NCBI GenBank assembly: GCA_947599825.1
Contig: CANQFS010000005.1
Coordinates: 1 to 55,554 of the forward strand
Direction of reading: 5' to 3'
DNA: 55,554 bases
DNA from: an uncultured Clostridia bacterium
Lineage (GTDB): Bacteria; Bacillota; Clostridia; TANB77; CAG-508
The translations under genes and the position numbers were made by a program. Shown one piece after another: positions 31,111 through 42,753 of this stretch (positions are counted from its first letter, which is position 1; the number at the start of each line of letters is the position of its first letter). The notes beneath the pieces are model-generated. The model was not told where the DNA came from and made no database searches. It worked only from the letters and a program-made list of their open reading frames with translations.

Positions 31111-31809
31111 TTATTCTTTCATTTCTTTTGCTAATTTTCCAATGGCTTTAGTCTCAATTCTTGACACATAAGAGCGCGAAATTCCCATCATTTTTGCTAT
31201 TTGATTTTGTGTTTTTGGCTTTTTTCCATCTAAACCAAAGCGTAATTCTAATATAAGTTTTTCTCTATCTTTCAATACGCATTTCATTTTTTCATATAAT
31301 TTTTTCATTTTCATTTTTAAGTCTACTTCATCTTCAATATTCTTTTCATTGTTTTCTAATACATCTTGCAAAGTTACGGTATTGTCGTCTTTATCTTTTC
31401 CTATTGGGTCTTCTAAAGAAACTTCTGCACTAATTTTTTTCGTTGCTCTTAAGTGCATTAATATTTCATTATCAATACATCTTGACACATACGTAGAAAG
31501 CTTTACATTTTTGGTTGGTTCAAAGCTATTAATTCCTTTTATTAAGCCAATGGTTCCAATAGAAATTAAATCATCTTGTTCCACCTTACAAGAAGCATAT
31601 TTTTTACATACGTGTGCCACTAATCTTAAATTCCTTTCGATTAAAATGTTCCTTGCTTCCTCATCTTTTTCTTTTAACCTTTGTAAATACATCTTCTCTT
31701 CTTCTGCGGATAGTGGCTCTGGGAATAATTGATTATTAGAAATATAGCCCACTAAAAAAATTGCTGAAGAAAGAAAAGCAAAAAATCCTGATAGACTAAG
31801 GCTAAGCAA
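31111..31809 (-). CDS. sigK: Pro-sigmaK sporulation sigma factor (uninterrupted)
   Basis: Hydrophobic pro-sequence then LVGYISNNQLFPEPL; LIERNLRLVAHV, DDLISIGTIGLIK and ISRSYVSRIE motifs. Confidence 0.92.
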   Translation of the reverse strand: MLSLSLSGFFAFLSSAIFLVGYISNNQLFPEPLSAEEEKMYLQRLKEKDEEARNILIERNLRLVAHVCKKYASCKVEQDDLISIGTIGLIKGINSFEPTKNVKLSTYVSRCIDNEILMHLRATKKISAEVSLEDPIGKDKDDNTVTLQDVLENNEKNIEDEVDLKMKMKKLYEKMKCVLKDREKLILELRFGLDGKKPKTQNQIAKMMGISRSYVSRIETKAIGKLAKEMKE

Positions 31810-31973
31810 ATGATAGGCACCTCCGTTTCTTTTTTACATACCAAATTATATGTTTTAAAAAACAAAAAGTGCCTGACTATGTTTAATATTTTTTCACATT
31901 TATTTTAATTTTTATTTAATTGTTTATTGGTTATTCAATAGTTGATAGCCTTTATTATTTTTATTATTATGCT

Positions 31974-33050
31974 CTATTTTCTTATTTGTTCGTTTAGTTT
32001 TGTTATTCTTCCATTCATTTGCTCTATGTTCATTCCTTTTGCTAATTCATCTGTTATTTTATATTTTTCTTTCATTTTCAATATTTTTTCTACACTTGTA
32101 TTAATTCTATCTATACTAATTTTTCCTTTTTTTACTTCTTTCACAATATATTTTATCATTCTCTTTATTTTATTATACGAAAGCCCAACCATAACAATAT
32201 CGTTTCCCGCTTCTATAGCCTTATATACTGACCTTTTTAGATTATAATGTAGCTGAATTGCCAGCATTTTTAAGTCATCTGTAATAATTAAGCCTTTATA
32301 TTGATATTTTTCTATTAAGTATTTTTGTATTACTTTTTTAGATAGAGATGCTGGGTATTTTTTATCTACATCTTTTAAGATAAGATGCCCTACCATTACT
32401 GCCTCTGCTCCTTCTTGAATTGCTTTTTCAAAAGGAAGCATATCTTCTTGTTCTAGTTGTTCTATTTTAGCTGTTATTTTAGGAATTTGAAAGTGAGAAT
32501 CTTTTTTAGTAAGTCCATGTCCTGGAAAATGCTTTACAACCGGAATAATTCCTTGCTTTTGCATTTCTTTCATAACTATAAGTGCATATTTTGATACTTC
32601 TTCTTTTGTTTTTGCATAAGCACGGTCTCCAATTGCGTGTTTTTCTTCAAATCTGCATATATCTAATACAGGTGCATAATTCATAGAAATTCCACTTTGC
32701 TTTAACATAGCTCCTAAAATTTCTCCACTTTCTTGTAAAATTTCTTCATTTTTTGTACTAGCAATTTTTGCAGCACTTTTTAAGTTAGCTATTTCAGGAG
32801 GCATACGATTTACTCGTCCTCCTTCTTGGTCAATGCTAATCATTAGAGGAACTTTGTTATTTTTGTTCATTTTCTTTAAGTTATTAATTAGTTGTAACAT
32901 TTCTTGATAGGTGTGGTAATTCTTTTTATATAATACAACCCCACCTATTTTATTTTCTTTAATTAATTTTGATATTTGTGCTTCTTTTTTTTCTTCTAGT
33001 CCTACCATAAATAGTTGTCCTATTTTTTCTTCTAAGGTTAGTTCTTCCAT
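31974..33050 (-). CDS. nagZ: Beta-N-acetylhexosaminidase, GH3
   Basis: LTLEEKIGQL, IDQEGGRVNR, KHFPGHG..DSH and ITDDLKM motifs. Confidence 0.9.
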   Translation of the reverse strand: MEELTLEEKIGQLFMVGLEEKKEAQISKLIKENKIGGVVLYKKNYHTYQEMLQLINNLKKMNKNNKVPLMISIDQEGGRVNRMPPEIANLKSAAKIASTKNEEILQESGEILGAMLKQSGISMNYAPVLDICRFEEKHAIGDRAYAKTKEEVSKYALIVMKEMQKQGIIPVVKHFPGHGLTKKDSHFQIPKITAKIEQLEQEDMLPFEKAIQEGAEAVMVGHLILKDVDKKYPASLSKKVIQKYLIEKYQYKGLIITDDLKMLAIQLHYNLKRSVYKAIEAGNDIVMVGLSYNKIKRMIKYIVKEVKKGKISIDRINTSVEKILKMKEKYKITDELAKGMNIEQMNGRITKLNEQIRK

Positions 33051-33299
33051 TTTTTCTTCATTCCTTTTTTACTTTCCTCTATTACCAAGGCTTTCTTTTA
33101 GAAACATTAATTGCTACAATTTAACCTTACTCTATGTTTTTATTTTACCATATTGGTTAGGAAGATACAACATTTTTCTTTGATTTTAACGTATATGTGC
33201 CTTATTTATAGCATATTTTTAAGTGTAACATTATAAGTTATTAGTAGAATTTTGCCATTTTTATATTATTTATATAAAGCTATAAGGAGGAATTTCAAT

Positions 33300-34083
33300 A
33301 TGAATTTTCTATGCTCCGTTGGAAAAGGAATTTTAATTGGTGCTGGCGCTATTTTGCCACGGAATTAGTAGTGGTGTTCTTTGTGTTATTTTTGGTATTT
33401 ATGAAAAATTAGTCAATAGCGTTTTAGGCATTTTTCACGATTTTAAGAAAAATGCAATCTTTTTACTTCCTATTGTTATAGGTGTTGCTATTGGTTTTTT
33501 CTTATTTGGTAATCTACTTCACTATTTTTTTATTTCATATCAAGCAGAATGTAAATTGTTATTTTTAGGACTTATTTTAGGCAGTGTTCCTGCTTTATTT
33601 AAAGAAGTTAGTAAAAAGAAAAAATTCCGCCTTTCTTTTTTGTTTTATACTTTCATTAGCTTTGCAATTGGCTTACTTTTGTTTTTATTTGAAAGAAGAA
33701 TGAATGTTGTTTTAACGCCTAATAATACTCATTTTTCATTTTTATTTTTTTCTGGTTTTGCTATGTCTTGCGGTATTATTATTCCCGGCGTTAGTAGTAC
33801 AGTTATTTTATTATGCCTTGGCACTTATTCTATTTATTTACAAGCAGTAGCTAGCTTTTATTTGCCTGTTTTAGTTCCAATGGGACTTGGTATTTTTTGT
33901 GGCTCTATTTTCTTTTTACTCGTCATTCGTTTTTTACTAACTCATTATTCTGTGCAAACCTATTATGCTATTATTGGTTTTGTGCTTGGTAGTATTTTTG
34001 TGCTTCTTCCTTCTTCTTTTTCGCTTGTTTCTTTGCTTCTTTTTATGATTGGTTTCTCACTTGCCTTTGTATTAGAAAGATGA
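33300..34083 (+). CDS. DUF368 family membrane protein; needs +1 shift at CGGA 33360-33363
   Basis: TAAGGAGG RBS, then MNFLCSVGKGILIGAGAILP|GISSGVLCVIFGIYEK; second repeat IIPGVSS is uninterrupted. Confidence 0.88.
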
Positions 34084-34249
34084 CAGAACTGCTGTCTATA
34101 GTAATATAAATTAAATAACTATCTTTAAAAAATATAACTAAAAAAGGAAATACTCTACCACTTTTGTGATAAAGTATTTCCTTTTTACTATTATTCTTCA
34201 TAATAATAAATTGCATTTTTAGGAACACAAATAATGTAATTTTCTCCTA

Positions 34250-35479
34250 CTATTTTTTTCTTCTTAAAATCCAGTCTCTTTCTACTTTTACTGGCAATTT
34301 CATAAGTACTTTTTGCTCCGCTTTTCCTGGGTTAATATATTCTATTGGTTCTTGTGTATCAATATCCCACAAAGCATCTATTGTAAAGGAAATTGTTTCT
34401 ATTTGGTGTGGCACAATTAGTTCTAATTTATCTCCTACTTGTAATTTATTTTTTATTTCTACTACTACTTTATCTTCTTGCTCTTCTACTACTTTGCCAC
34501 CAAATTCATATTCTGGATTATATTGTTTTCCTTCATATTCTTGGAAGTCTTTATTATTTCTATCGTTGAAATAGAAGGTTGTTAAGCCTCTTGTTTTTGT
34601 TTTTTCTAATTCTACTAAATATTTCGTGTAATCGTAGTTTTTAGGATCTTTGCAATAATCGTCTATGGCATTGCGGTAGGCATTTACTACAGATGCTAAA
34701 TAATATTCTGTCTTTAGCCTTCCTTCTATTTTTAAGCTATCTACTCCCATTTCCACAATTTCTGGAATTTCTTTTATTAAGCACATATCTTTAGAAGAAA
34801 AAATGTAAGTTCCCTTTTCGTCATATTCTACTGGCATTAAATTTCCTGGCTTATTTGCTTCTTCTACATAAACGTTGTAAGCCCATCTGCAACTTTGTGC
34901 ACAATCTCCTAAATTTGCACTTCTTCCTGCTAAAAAGTCACTTAAGAAGCATCTTCCAGAATAGCCAAAGCAAATTGCACCATGAATAAACATTTCAATT
35001 TCTAAATCTTTTGGCTTATTTTTAATCATTTCTTTTATTTGCTCTTTATTCATTTCTCTTCCTAAAATGACTCTTTTTGCTCCATTTTTATACCAGAAAT
35101 TAGCTGCATGGTAGCTTACCGTATTTGCTTGTGTACTAATATGAATTTCCACATCTGGAGCATATTCTTTGATGATTTCTACTACACCACCATCTGCTAC
35201 AATGATGCCATCTACTTTTAATTCATTTAACATTTTTGCTTGTTTTTTGATTTCTTCATAAGTTTCGTCCCATGCATAAATGTTTATAGCTGTATATACT
35301 TTTTTATTGATAGAATGCGCATATTTAATGGTGTTTGCTAAATCGCTATCTTGCATTTCTGCTCTTGTTCTTAAAGATAAGCTTGAAGTTCCTGCATAAA
35401 CAGCATCTGCTCCGTATAGAAATGCAATTTTTGCTTTTTTAAATGAACCTGCTGGAGCTAGTAATTCTGGTTTTTTCAT
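34250..35479 (-). CDS. U32 family peptidase (tRNA hydroxylation TrhP/YrrO-like)
   Basis: KPELLAPAG, HISTQAN, HGAICFGYSGRC, CAQSCR and SLKIEGR motifs. Confidence 0.92.
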   Translation of the reverse strand: MKKPELLAPAGSFKKAKIAFLYGADAVYAGTSSLSLRTRAEMQDSDLANTIKYAHSINKKVYTAINIYAWDETYEEIKKQAKMLNELKVDGIIVADGGVVEIIKEYAPDVEIHISTQANTVSYHAANFWYKNGAKRVILGREMNKEQIKEMIKNKPKDLEIEMFIHGAICFGYSGRCFLSDFLAGRSANLGDCAQSCRWAYNVYVEEANKPGNLMPVEYDEKGTYIFSSKDMCLIKEIPEIVEMGVDSLKIEGRLKTEYYLASVVNAYRNAIDDYCKDPKNYDYTKYLVELEKTKTRGLTTFYFNDRNNKDFQEYEGKQYNPEYEFGGKVVEEQEDKVVVEIKNKLQVGDKLELIVPHQIETISFTIDALWDIDTQEPIEYINPGKAEQKVLMKLPVKVERDWILRRKK

Positions 35480-35602
35480 ATTTTATTTATCCCTTCTTAC
35501 TTGTTTTAGATTTTTTTCTTTAATTAATAATATAATTAATATCTACCTTTACAATTATCATTCTTTTTGATACAATATGAGAAAGTTGAAAGGAGAATTT
35601 AA

Positions 35603-36154
35603 ATGCCAATAGATAAAAAGAAAGCTAAGAAATTAACCAAAACACAAACCTATATTTTATACTTTTTCTTATTTGCTTTTTTAGGTTGGTGTATGGAAAC
35701 TATTTATGGTTTCATTGTATTAGGTCACTTTACTAAGCGTGGTTTTCTATATGGCCCTTTATGCCCTATTTATGGATATAGCGCATTAATTTTAATTGTT
35801 TTTTTAGGTAAATATAGAAACCAATCTCTTAAACTTTTTGTCTATTCTGCTGTTATATTTTCCGTTTTTGAATATTTGGCAAGTTATGTATTAGAAGTAC
35901 TATTTCATTCTTATTGGTGGGATTACACCAATGACTTTTTCAATTTAAATGGTAGAATTAGTATTTTTTATTCTCTTGCTTGGGGAATTATTGCTATTAT
36001 TTTTGTAGGTCATCTATACCCATTTTTTAAGAAAAAAGTAAATTTAGTACTATCTAAAATTCCATATAAAGTTAAGATGTTTTTATTATATGGAGTTTGT
36101 ACTATTTTTATTGTTGATACTATTTTATCTTGCATACGTTACCTAAATGTATAA
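35603..36154 (+). CDS. Putative ABC transporter permease family membrane protein (DUF1113-like)
   Basis: FLGWCME, RGFLYGPLCPIYG and WWDYTNDFFNLNGRI motifs. Confidence 0.85.
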   Translation: MPIDKKKAKKLTKTQTYILYFFLFAFLGWCMETIYGFIVLGHFTKRGFLYGPLCPIYGYSALILIVFLGKYRNQSLKLFVYSAVIFSVFEYLASYVLEVLFHSYWWDYTNDFFNLNGRISIFYSLAWGIIAIIFVGHLYPFFKKKVNLVLSKIPYKVKMFLLYGVCTIFIVDTILSCIRYLNV

Positions 36155-36192
36155 AAAAACGGAACTAAGATTTCTATGCTATAAATAGCTTT

Positions 36193-37899
36193 TTATTTTG
36201 CTTCTCTTTCTTTTATATTTTTTCGTAATGCTATCAATTCATTTTTTCCTATATTGTAATCAAATAACTCATATACTTGTTTAATAGAATAGTTTTCTCT
36301 TAAAAATTCTTCTGCTAAACGTATATCTTCTTGCTGTTTTGCTCTTAATAATTCATTCTTTTGCAACATACTGCTTCTTATTTTTGCAATTGATTTTAAA
36401 GATGCAAAGTTTTCATTACTCATTTTTTCAAATACTTCTTTTACGCTCATTCCATCTATTATGAAGTCTTTAATTTTTTTAGTAGATATTTGTTTTTTAT
36501 ACGCTTCTCTTTTTTTTCTAATTTTAGTTCTATTACTTAATTTTTCCGTATAATCTTTGGTGCTTCTATTTTCTTGTTTAATGCTTGCTACCATTTTTAC
36601 AATGACTTCTCTTTCTTGTTCTGTTATATTGTTTATTCTAGAGTATTTTTGAATCGCTTTAAGTGCTTTTGCTTTTCCAAATACTGCTTCTTGAATCTTA
36701 ATAATAAGGAAGACTGCTTTATTTCTATCCAAACATTTCTCTAAATTTGCTACAATTCCCTCTACTTCTTCTTTTTGAATTGTTCCTTCATTTAATCTTG
36801 TTGTAATTTCTGTCATATATTGTCTTTGCTTATTTTTGGTTTCTTTTTCTTGCTCTTTTGCCTTAATTTGATTTTCTTCCATTTGCTCTTTGATTTTTAT
36901 GCGATTTAAGAAGTCTTCTCTTTTTTCTTGTAATTGATTTTTCTCTTTTTGTTGTAAAGATTCTGTATTTTCCAAGCAAATATCTAATTCTTCGATTCCT
37001 CTTTCTTCATTTTCTGTAATTAAATAATATAATTCTGATATAAAAATAGCACTTTCAACTTGATTTGGATAACGATATAATTCTTGTTTTACACTTTCTA
37101 TATTTTGGCTATTTAATTTACCTTCATAAAACATAGTTTGTAGTTGTTGCATATAAACTTCTTTATTTTCTTTTGTATAACGTTCTTCTTGATTTGCAAA
37201 TTCTTCTTGTTTTTCCTCAATTGTTACATTTTCTTGTTTGATTTCCTCTAAAACTTGATTTTCTGATTTTTCTAGTTGTTTTACTCTTTGTTCTATTTCT
37301 ACTTGTTTTTGTTTTTCCTTTTCTTCTATTTCTTTTTGTCTTTTTCTTTCTTGTTCTTCTAGTTGTGCCTGTTTTCTTCTTTCTTCAATAACACTTTTTT
37401 GAGTATTTCCTTGCATATTTTGTGGTTCAATTTTTAATAATTGTGCATTATATTCCATTGCCTTTTCATAATTTTGCGCAATCATTTCTAATTTTGCCAT
37501 ATTGTATAAAGCAAAAATGTTTTTAGGATTATTATTTAATATTTTATTCCCATACACTCTGCCTAAATCATATTGTTTTTGCAATGAAAAACACCTTACT
37601 AATTCATTTAATGCGATTTCATTATTTTCCTCTATTTTTAGTATTTCAAATGCAATTTGTTGTGTTTCTTGAATTAATGTTTCTCTATTTTTTGCTGTCA
37701 TTTCTGACTTCTTTAATTGTTGCATCTTTTTAAACAACTTAGCTAATTTTTTTCCTCTTTGCATTTCTTCATCTTCTTGTATCCAGCTTGATATCATTTC
37801 TTTTGTAAGAGGAACTCCGCATAGTTTATTAATTTCTTCTTCTGTTTTTTCTTGTTTATATAAATTAATAGCTAATTCTCTTATTTGTTTAAAATTCAT
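36193..37899 (-). CDS. TPR-containing coiled-coil hypothetical protein
   Basis: NPKNIFALYNMAKLEMIAQNYEKAMEY TPR-like repeats; 568 aa. Confidence 0.7.
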   Translation of the reverse strand: MNFKQIRELAINLYKQEKTEEEINKLCGVPLTKEMISSWIQEDEEMQRGKKLAKLFKKMQQLKKSEMTAKNRETLIQETQQIAFEILKIEENNEIALNELVRCFSLQKQYDLGRVYGNKILNNNPKNIFALYNMAKLEMIAQNYEKAMEYNAQLLKIEPQNMQGNTQKSVIEERRKQAQLEEQERKRQKEIEEKEKQKQVEIEQRVKQLEKSENQVLEEIKQENVTIEEKQEEFANQEERYTKENKEVYMQQLQTMFYEGKLNSQNIESVKQELYRYPNQVESAIFISELYYLITENEERGIEELDICLENTESLQQKEKNQLQEKREDFLNRIKIKEQMEENQIKAKEQEKETKNKQRQYMTEITTRLNEGTIQKEEVEGIVANLEKCLDRNKAVFLIIKIQEAVFGKAKALKAIQKYSRINNITEQEREVIVKMVASIKQENRSTKDYTEKLSNRTKIRKKREAYKKQISTKKIKDFIIDGMSVKEVFEKMSNENFASLKSIAKIRSSMLQKNELLRAKQQEDIRLAEEFLRENYSIKQVYELFDYNIGKNELIALRKNIKEREAK

Positions 37900-37927
37900 T
37901 TTTTTCTCCTTTTATATTTTATAAAAA

Positions 37928-38518
37928 CTATAATATAAATTTGGAAATTGCAAGGCCATCTCCTACTTCTAAAATTTCTGTTTCTAAGTTAGGATTGTTT
38001 GTTACTTCTGCTATATATTCTCGCAAGTTTCTTACGGCTGTACGTTGTTTGTGTTTGTTATAATCACTCATAACATATCCTTTATATAAAATGTTATCTG
38101 CTAAGATTACACCATTTTTATTTAACATTCTTAGTGCTTGTTGCAAGAAAAAAGGGTATTTTCCTTTTGCTGCATCTATAAATATCATATCATATTTTTC
38201 ATTTAGTGTAGGCAAAATTTCTACTGCATCTCCTTCTAAGATGTTTATTTTGTCTGATACTCCTACTTTTTCTATATTTTCTTTTGCTTCTTTTACTCTT
38301 TCTTCATCACGTTCAATAGTGTCTATTTTTCCGCCTTCTTCTAAATATTTTGAAAAGCACATAGCAGAATAGCCTACTGCTGTTCCAATTTCTAGTATTT
38401 TTTTAGGTTTTAATTCTTTTAATATATTATCTACTACTTCTAAGGTGTCGTCCATTATGATAGGTATATATTCTTTTAAGGCTTTTTCTTTTATTTTTTG
38501 TAATTCTTCTTTATTCAC
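37928..38518 (-). CDS. O-methyltransferase (YrrM/TrmR-like)
   Basis: ILEIGTAVGYS, YDMIFIDAAKGKY, ADNILYKG and VGDGLAI motifs. Confidence 0.9.
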   Translation of the reverse strand: MNKEELQKIKEKALKEYIPIIMDDTLEVVDNILKELKPKKILEIGTAVGYSAMCFSKYLEEGGKIDTIERDEERVKEAKENIEKVGVSDKINILEGDAVEILPTLNEKYDMIFIDAAKGKYPFFLQQALRMLNKNGVILADNILYKGYVMSDYNKHKQRTAVRNLREYIAEVTNNPNLETEILEVGDGLAISKFIL

Positions 38519-38587
38519 TGTCTTTCTTCTCCTTTTGTTTAAGCAGGAAAAACCACTTGCTTTTTCACAAATGGTTTTTGTTTTCTT

Positions 38588-40396
38588 TTATCTTCTTGCT
38601 TCTCTTTCTCTTGTTTTTGTGTCTAATATTTTCTTTCTTAAACGAATATTTTTTGGTGTTACTTCTACTAGTTCGTCTTCTGCAATAAATTCAATTGCTT
38701 TTTCCAAAGACATTTGAAGTGGTGGCACTAAACGAAGTGCATCATCTGAACCTGATGCTCTAGTATTGGTTAAGTGTTTTTCTTTACATACATTAATTGC
38801 AATGTCTTCATTTCTTGAGTTAATGCCTACTATCATTCCTTCATATACATCTACACCTGCTCCAATTAAAAGTTCTCCTCTTTCTTGTGCATTGTATAAG
38901 CCATAAGTAACAGAAGTTCCTTGTTCAAATGCAACTAGCACTCCTCTTGTTCTTGCTTGAATTTCTCCTTTATATGGTTCATAGCAATCGAAAATAGAGT
39001 TCATTGTGCCTTCCCCTTTGGTATCTGTTAAGAATTCTGTTCTATAACCAATAATTCCACGTGCTGGTATTTTAAATTCTACTTTTGTATGGCCTAATTC
39101 TGCAGGTTCCATGTTTAGCATTTCGCCTTTACGTCTTCCTAATTTTTCAATAACTGTTCCAATTGAATCATCTGGTACATTTACTACTAATCTTTCCATT
39201 GGTTCACATTTTACGCCATCTATTTCTTTAAAAATAACTTTTGGACGAGAAACTATTAATTCAAAGCCTTCTCTTCTCATAGTTTCTATTAAAACTGATA
39301 AATGTAATTCCCCTCTTCCGCATACTTCGAAACTATCTGCAGAATCTGTTTCTTTTACACGAAGACTTACATTTCTTTCTAGTTCTTTAAATAATCTATC
39401 ACGAATATGACGTGAAGTTATGAACTGACCTTCTTTTCCTGCAAATGGTCCATTGTTTACGCTAAATGTCATAGATACTGTTGGTTCATCAATATCTACA
39501 AATGGTATTTTTTCAGGGTTGTTTAAATCGCAGATTGTATCTCCAATGTTGATGTCTGCAATTCCAGATAAAGCAACAATATCTCCTGCTACTGCTTCTT
39601 CTACTTCTACTTTCTTTAAGCCTTGGTATACAAATAGTTTTGCTACTTTTCCTTGTGCATTTTTATCTTGCTTACAAATTGCAATTGGCATACCTACTTT
39701 AATGCTTCCTCTTTCAATTCTTCCTACAGCAATTCTTCCTAAATAATCGTCATAGTCAATGTTAGATACTAGCATTTGCGCTGGTCCTTCTATTTCACAA
39801 TTTGGTGCATCAATGTATTTAATAATTGTGTCGAAAATGCAATTTACATTATCACTTTCTTCATCTAGGCTCATTTTTGCAATTCCATTTTTTGCAGAAG
39901 CGTAAACTACTGGGAAGTCTAATTGATCATCGTTTGCATTAAGTTCGATAAATAATTCTAATACTTGATCTACTACTTTTGCTGGATTTGAACCTGGTCT
40001 ATCTATTTTATTTATAACTACAATTGGCTTTAAGTTTAGGGCTAATGATTTTTTTAGTACCTCTCTTGTTTGAGGCATTGGACCTTCAAATGCATCAACT
40101 AATAGAAGAACGCCATCTACTGTTTTTAGTACACGTTCTACTTCTCCACCAAAGTCAGCATGGCCTGGTGTATCTACAATATTGATTTTTATATCATTAT
40201 ACATAACAGAAGTGTTTTTAGAAAGAATTGTAATTCCTCTTTCTTTTTCCAAATCGTTAGAATCCATAACTCTTTCTGCTACTTGTTCATTATCTCTAAA
40301 TACGTGACTTTGTTTTAATAAGCAATCTACTAGAGTTGTTTTTCCATGGTCTACGTGTGCAATAATTGCTATATTTCTTATTTTTTCGTTTTTCAT
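38588..40396 (-). CDS. typA: Translational GTPase TypA/BipA
   Basis: [33 protein letters not shown] and [18 protein letters not shown] motifs. Confidence 0.97.
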   Translation of the reverse strand: MKNEKIRNIAIIAHVDHGKTTLVDCLLKQSHVFRDNEQVAERVMDSNDLEKERGITILSKNTSVMYNDIKINIVDTPGHADFGGEVERVLKTVDGVLLLVDAFEGPMPQTREVLKKSLALNLKPIVVINKIDRPGSNPAKVVDQVLELFIELNANDDQLDFPVVYASAKNGIAKMSLDEESDNVNCIFDTIIKYIDAPNCEIEGPAQMLVSNIDYDDYLGRIAVGRIERGSIKVGMPIAICKQDKNAQGKVAKLFVYQGLKKVEVEEAVAGDIVALSGIADINIGDTICDLNNPEKIPFVDIDEPTVSMTFSVNNGPFAGKEGQFITSRHIRDRLFKELERNVSLRVKETDSADSFEVCGRGELHLSVLIETMRREGFELIVSRPKVIFKEIDGVKCEPMERLVVNVPDDSIGTVIEKLGRRKGEMLNMEPAELGHTKVEFKIPARGIIGYRTEFLTDTKGEGTMNSIFDCYEPYKGEIQARTRGVLVAFEQGTSVTYGLYNAQERGELLIGAGVDVYEGMIVGINSRNEDIAINVCKEKHLTNTRASGSDDALRLVPPLQMSLEKAIEFIAEDELVEVTPKNIRLRKKILDTKTREREARR

Positions 40397-40564
40397 TTTA
40401 TTTTCCCCCATTTATTTCATTTTTTATCAATACTTTATGCTATTCTTCTTGTTTGTTTCAATATGTCGTTTTATTTCTTACTTTCAGTATAAAAGAAGTT
40501 ACATTTGGTAACCTCTTTTATACTAAAATACATATTCATGTTTCTCTTACATAAACCTTTAGTA

Positions 40565-41815
40565 TTATTTTTGTATTTCTTCTTTACTTTCTTCCTTTAT
40601 TTCATTTTCTATTTTGCTTTCTGTTTCGCTTTCTAGTTGCTCTGTTTCTTTTATTTCGTTTTCTATTTCATTTTTTTGTTCTTGCTTTATTTGACTTTCT
40701 ATTTTGTTTTGTTCTTCTTGCTTTTCTTCCCTATATTCGTTTGATGTTCCTTCTAATTCTTTAATAGAAAGTTCTATTTTCTTTGCTTCTATGTTCATAT
40801 CTATAATTTTAGCATTAACTTTTTCATTTAATGTTAATACTTCTTCTGGTTTTGTAATTTTCTTTTCTGCAATTTGTGAAATATGAACTAGCCCTTCAAT
40901 TCCTTGTTCTAATTCTACAAATACACCAAATGGCATCATTTTTACTACTTTAACTGTAACAATATCGCCAACGTGATATTTGTTTTCTACTGTTTCCCAT
41001 GGATTTGGACCTTTACCTTCATAGCTTAGTTTTATACGTTTATTTTCTTTGTCTAATTCTAGTATAGTTACTTTTATACTTTGACCTTGCTTTAATACAT
41101 CACTTGGTTTAACATTTCTATCCCATGAAATTTCAGATATATGAAGTAAGCCTTGCACAGCTCCTAAATCTACAAAAGCACCATAAGCACTTAAACTTGC
41201 TACTGTTCCTTCATATTCTTTTCCTACTTCTACTGAATTCCAAAATTCTTCTTGTTTTTGTTTTCTTTCTTCATCTAATACACTACGAATAGAACCAATA
41301 ATGCGATTTGATTTTTCATCATATTCTGTAATACGATATCTTACTTTTTGGCCTTTTAAAGAGCTTCCATCTTCTCCTCTAGGAATGCCAGATAAGGACA
41401 TTGGAATAAATACTCTCATATTATTTATTGTAGTAACTAAGCCTTTTTCATTTACTTGCGTTACTACAGATTCTATAATTTCACTATTATTTACTTTTTG
41501 TTCTAATTCTTTTTTGGTTTCTTGTGCCTTATAACGTTTATAAGATAACAACACATTCCCTAAGCCATCGTTTTGTTTTAATACAATAGCTGTAATGCTA
41601 TCTCCTACTTTAAATTCTTCTTTTGGATTTACATTTTCATCATCACTATATTCTTTTTTAGGAATAATTCCATCTGCTTTATAGTGTAAATCTACAAAGA
41701 TTTCTCCTTGTGAAGTTATGCTAATAATAGTTCCTGTTACTATTTTTTCTAATTTTGTTTCTTTTAAAGATGCTTTATATAATTCTTCAAAAGATTGTTC
41801 TTTTTCGTTTTCCAT
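40565..41815 (-). CDS. rpsA: Ribosomal protein S1-like protein (four S1 domains plus acidic tail)
   Basis: YGAFVDLG.VQGLLHISEISW and FGVFVELEQGIEGLVHISQI; follows cmk-plsC. Confidence 0.88.
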   Translation of the reverse strand: MENEKEQSFEELYKASLKETKLEKIVTGTIISITSQGEIFVDLHYKADGIIPKKEYSDDENVNPKEEFKVGDSITAIVLKQNDGLGNVLLSYKRYKAQETKKELEQKVNNSEIIESVVTQVNEKGLVTTINNMRVFIPMSLSGIPRGEDGSSLKGQKVRYRITEYDEKSNRIIGSIRSVLDEERKQKQEEFWNSVEVGKEYEGTVASLSAYGAFVDLGAVQGLLHISEISWDRNVKPSDVLKQGQSIKVTILELDKENKRIKLSYEGKGPNPWETVENKYHVGDIVTVKVVKMMPFGVFVELEQGIEGLVHISQIAEKKITKPEEVLTLNEKVNAKIIDMNIEAKKIELSIKELEGTSNEYREEKQEEQNKIESQIKQEQKNEIENEIKETEQLESETESKIENEIKEESKEEIQK

Positions 41816-42052
41816 ATTTTCTCCTGTTTTTTGTAAATTTGCTATAAACAATAGTGTTTTAGCATTTGTTCTTTTTGGAACTATTTTATTATATAGCAAT
41901 CTTTTTTTGTTGTCAACATAATTTTACCATATTTTTACTATTTTTTTCTAAAAAATACATACCTAAGATTTTTGATAAATATAAATTCTAATAAAATATT
42001 AAAAACAAAAGATGACGTCCTACATAGTTGAACGCCATCTTTCTATTCAATT

Positions 42053-42649
42053 TTATTTTGTAAGCTCTATAATATGGTCCATAATGTCTTGAGTTACTGC
42101 TTCTAATGCTTCTTTTTCATCTACATCTTTGTATTTGCTATAGTCTAATGGTTTGCCATAGCGAATAGTTACTTTTGAAAAAGCTCCTTTTTTTCCTGAA
42201 ATTCCAACTGGTACTACTTTTGCTCCTGTTCTTATTGCAAAAAATGCTGCTCCATCTTTTACTTTTTCCCCCTTAGCAAGTCCATTTCTAGTTCCTTCTG
42301 GGTATAATGAAATACTCTCCCCTTTTTTCAAATATTTCAAAGAAGCTTTAATGGCATTCAAATCTTTTGAATCTTTTTTAACAGGAATAACCTCAAATAC
42401 CCAGCCTAAAAAAGCAAGAAATGGATTTCTATATAAGCTTTCTTTTGCTAAAAAGTGGGTTTCTCTTTTGCAAGTTACCTTCATTAAAGGTGGGTCTAAA
42501 AAGCTTCTATGGTTTCCACAAAAGATAACCGCTCCTTCCATTGGTATATTCTCTGTTCCCTCTATTTTTACTCTATGAACTATTTTGCAATAAAGAAAAA
42601 GAGCTCCTTCTACTATTTTCTTTATGATTTTCTTTACAATTTGTTTCAT
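42053..42649 (-). CDS. plsC: 1-acyl-sn-glycerol-3-phosphate acyltransferase
   Basis: NHRSFLD, FLAKESL and YPEGTR motifs. Confidence 0.92.
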   Translation of the reverse strand: MKQIVKKIIKKIVEGALFLYCKIVHRVKIEGTENIPMEGAVIFCGNHRSFLDPPLMKVTCKRETHFLAKESLYRNPFLAFLGWVFEVIPVKKDSKDLNAIKASLKYLKKGESISLYPEGTRNGLAKGEKVKDGAAFFAIRTGAKVVPVGISGKKGAFSKVTIRYGKPLDYSKYKDVDEKEALEAVTQDIMDHIIELTK

Positions 42650-42753
42650 TTTAACAATCATTCCCTTCTTAAGGTGTAAGTTCATTTCAATTTTTTCGCA
42701 TTATGAATTTTTTTATATGTTTTTTTATAATAGGTTAAAAAATTCAATAATGT

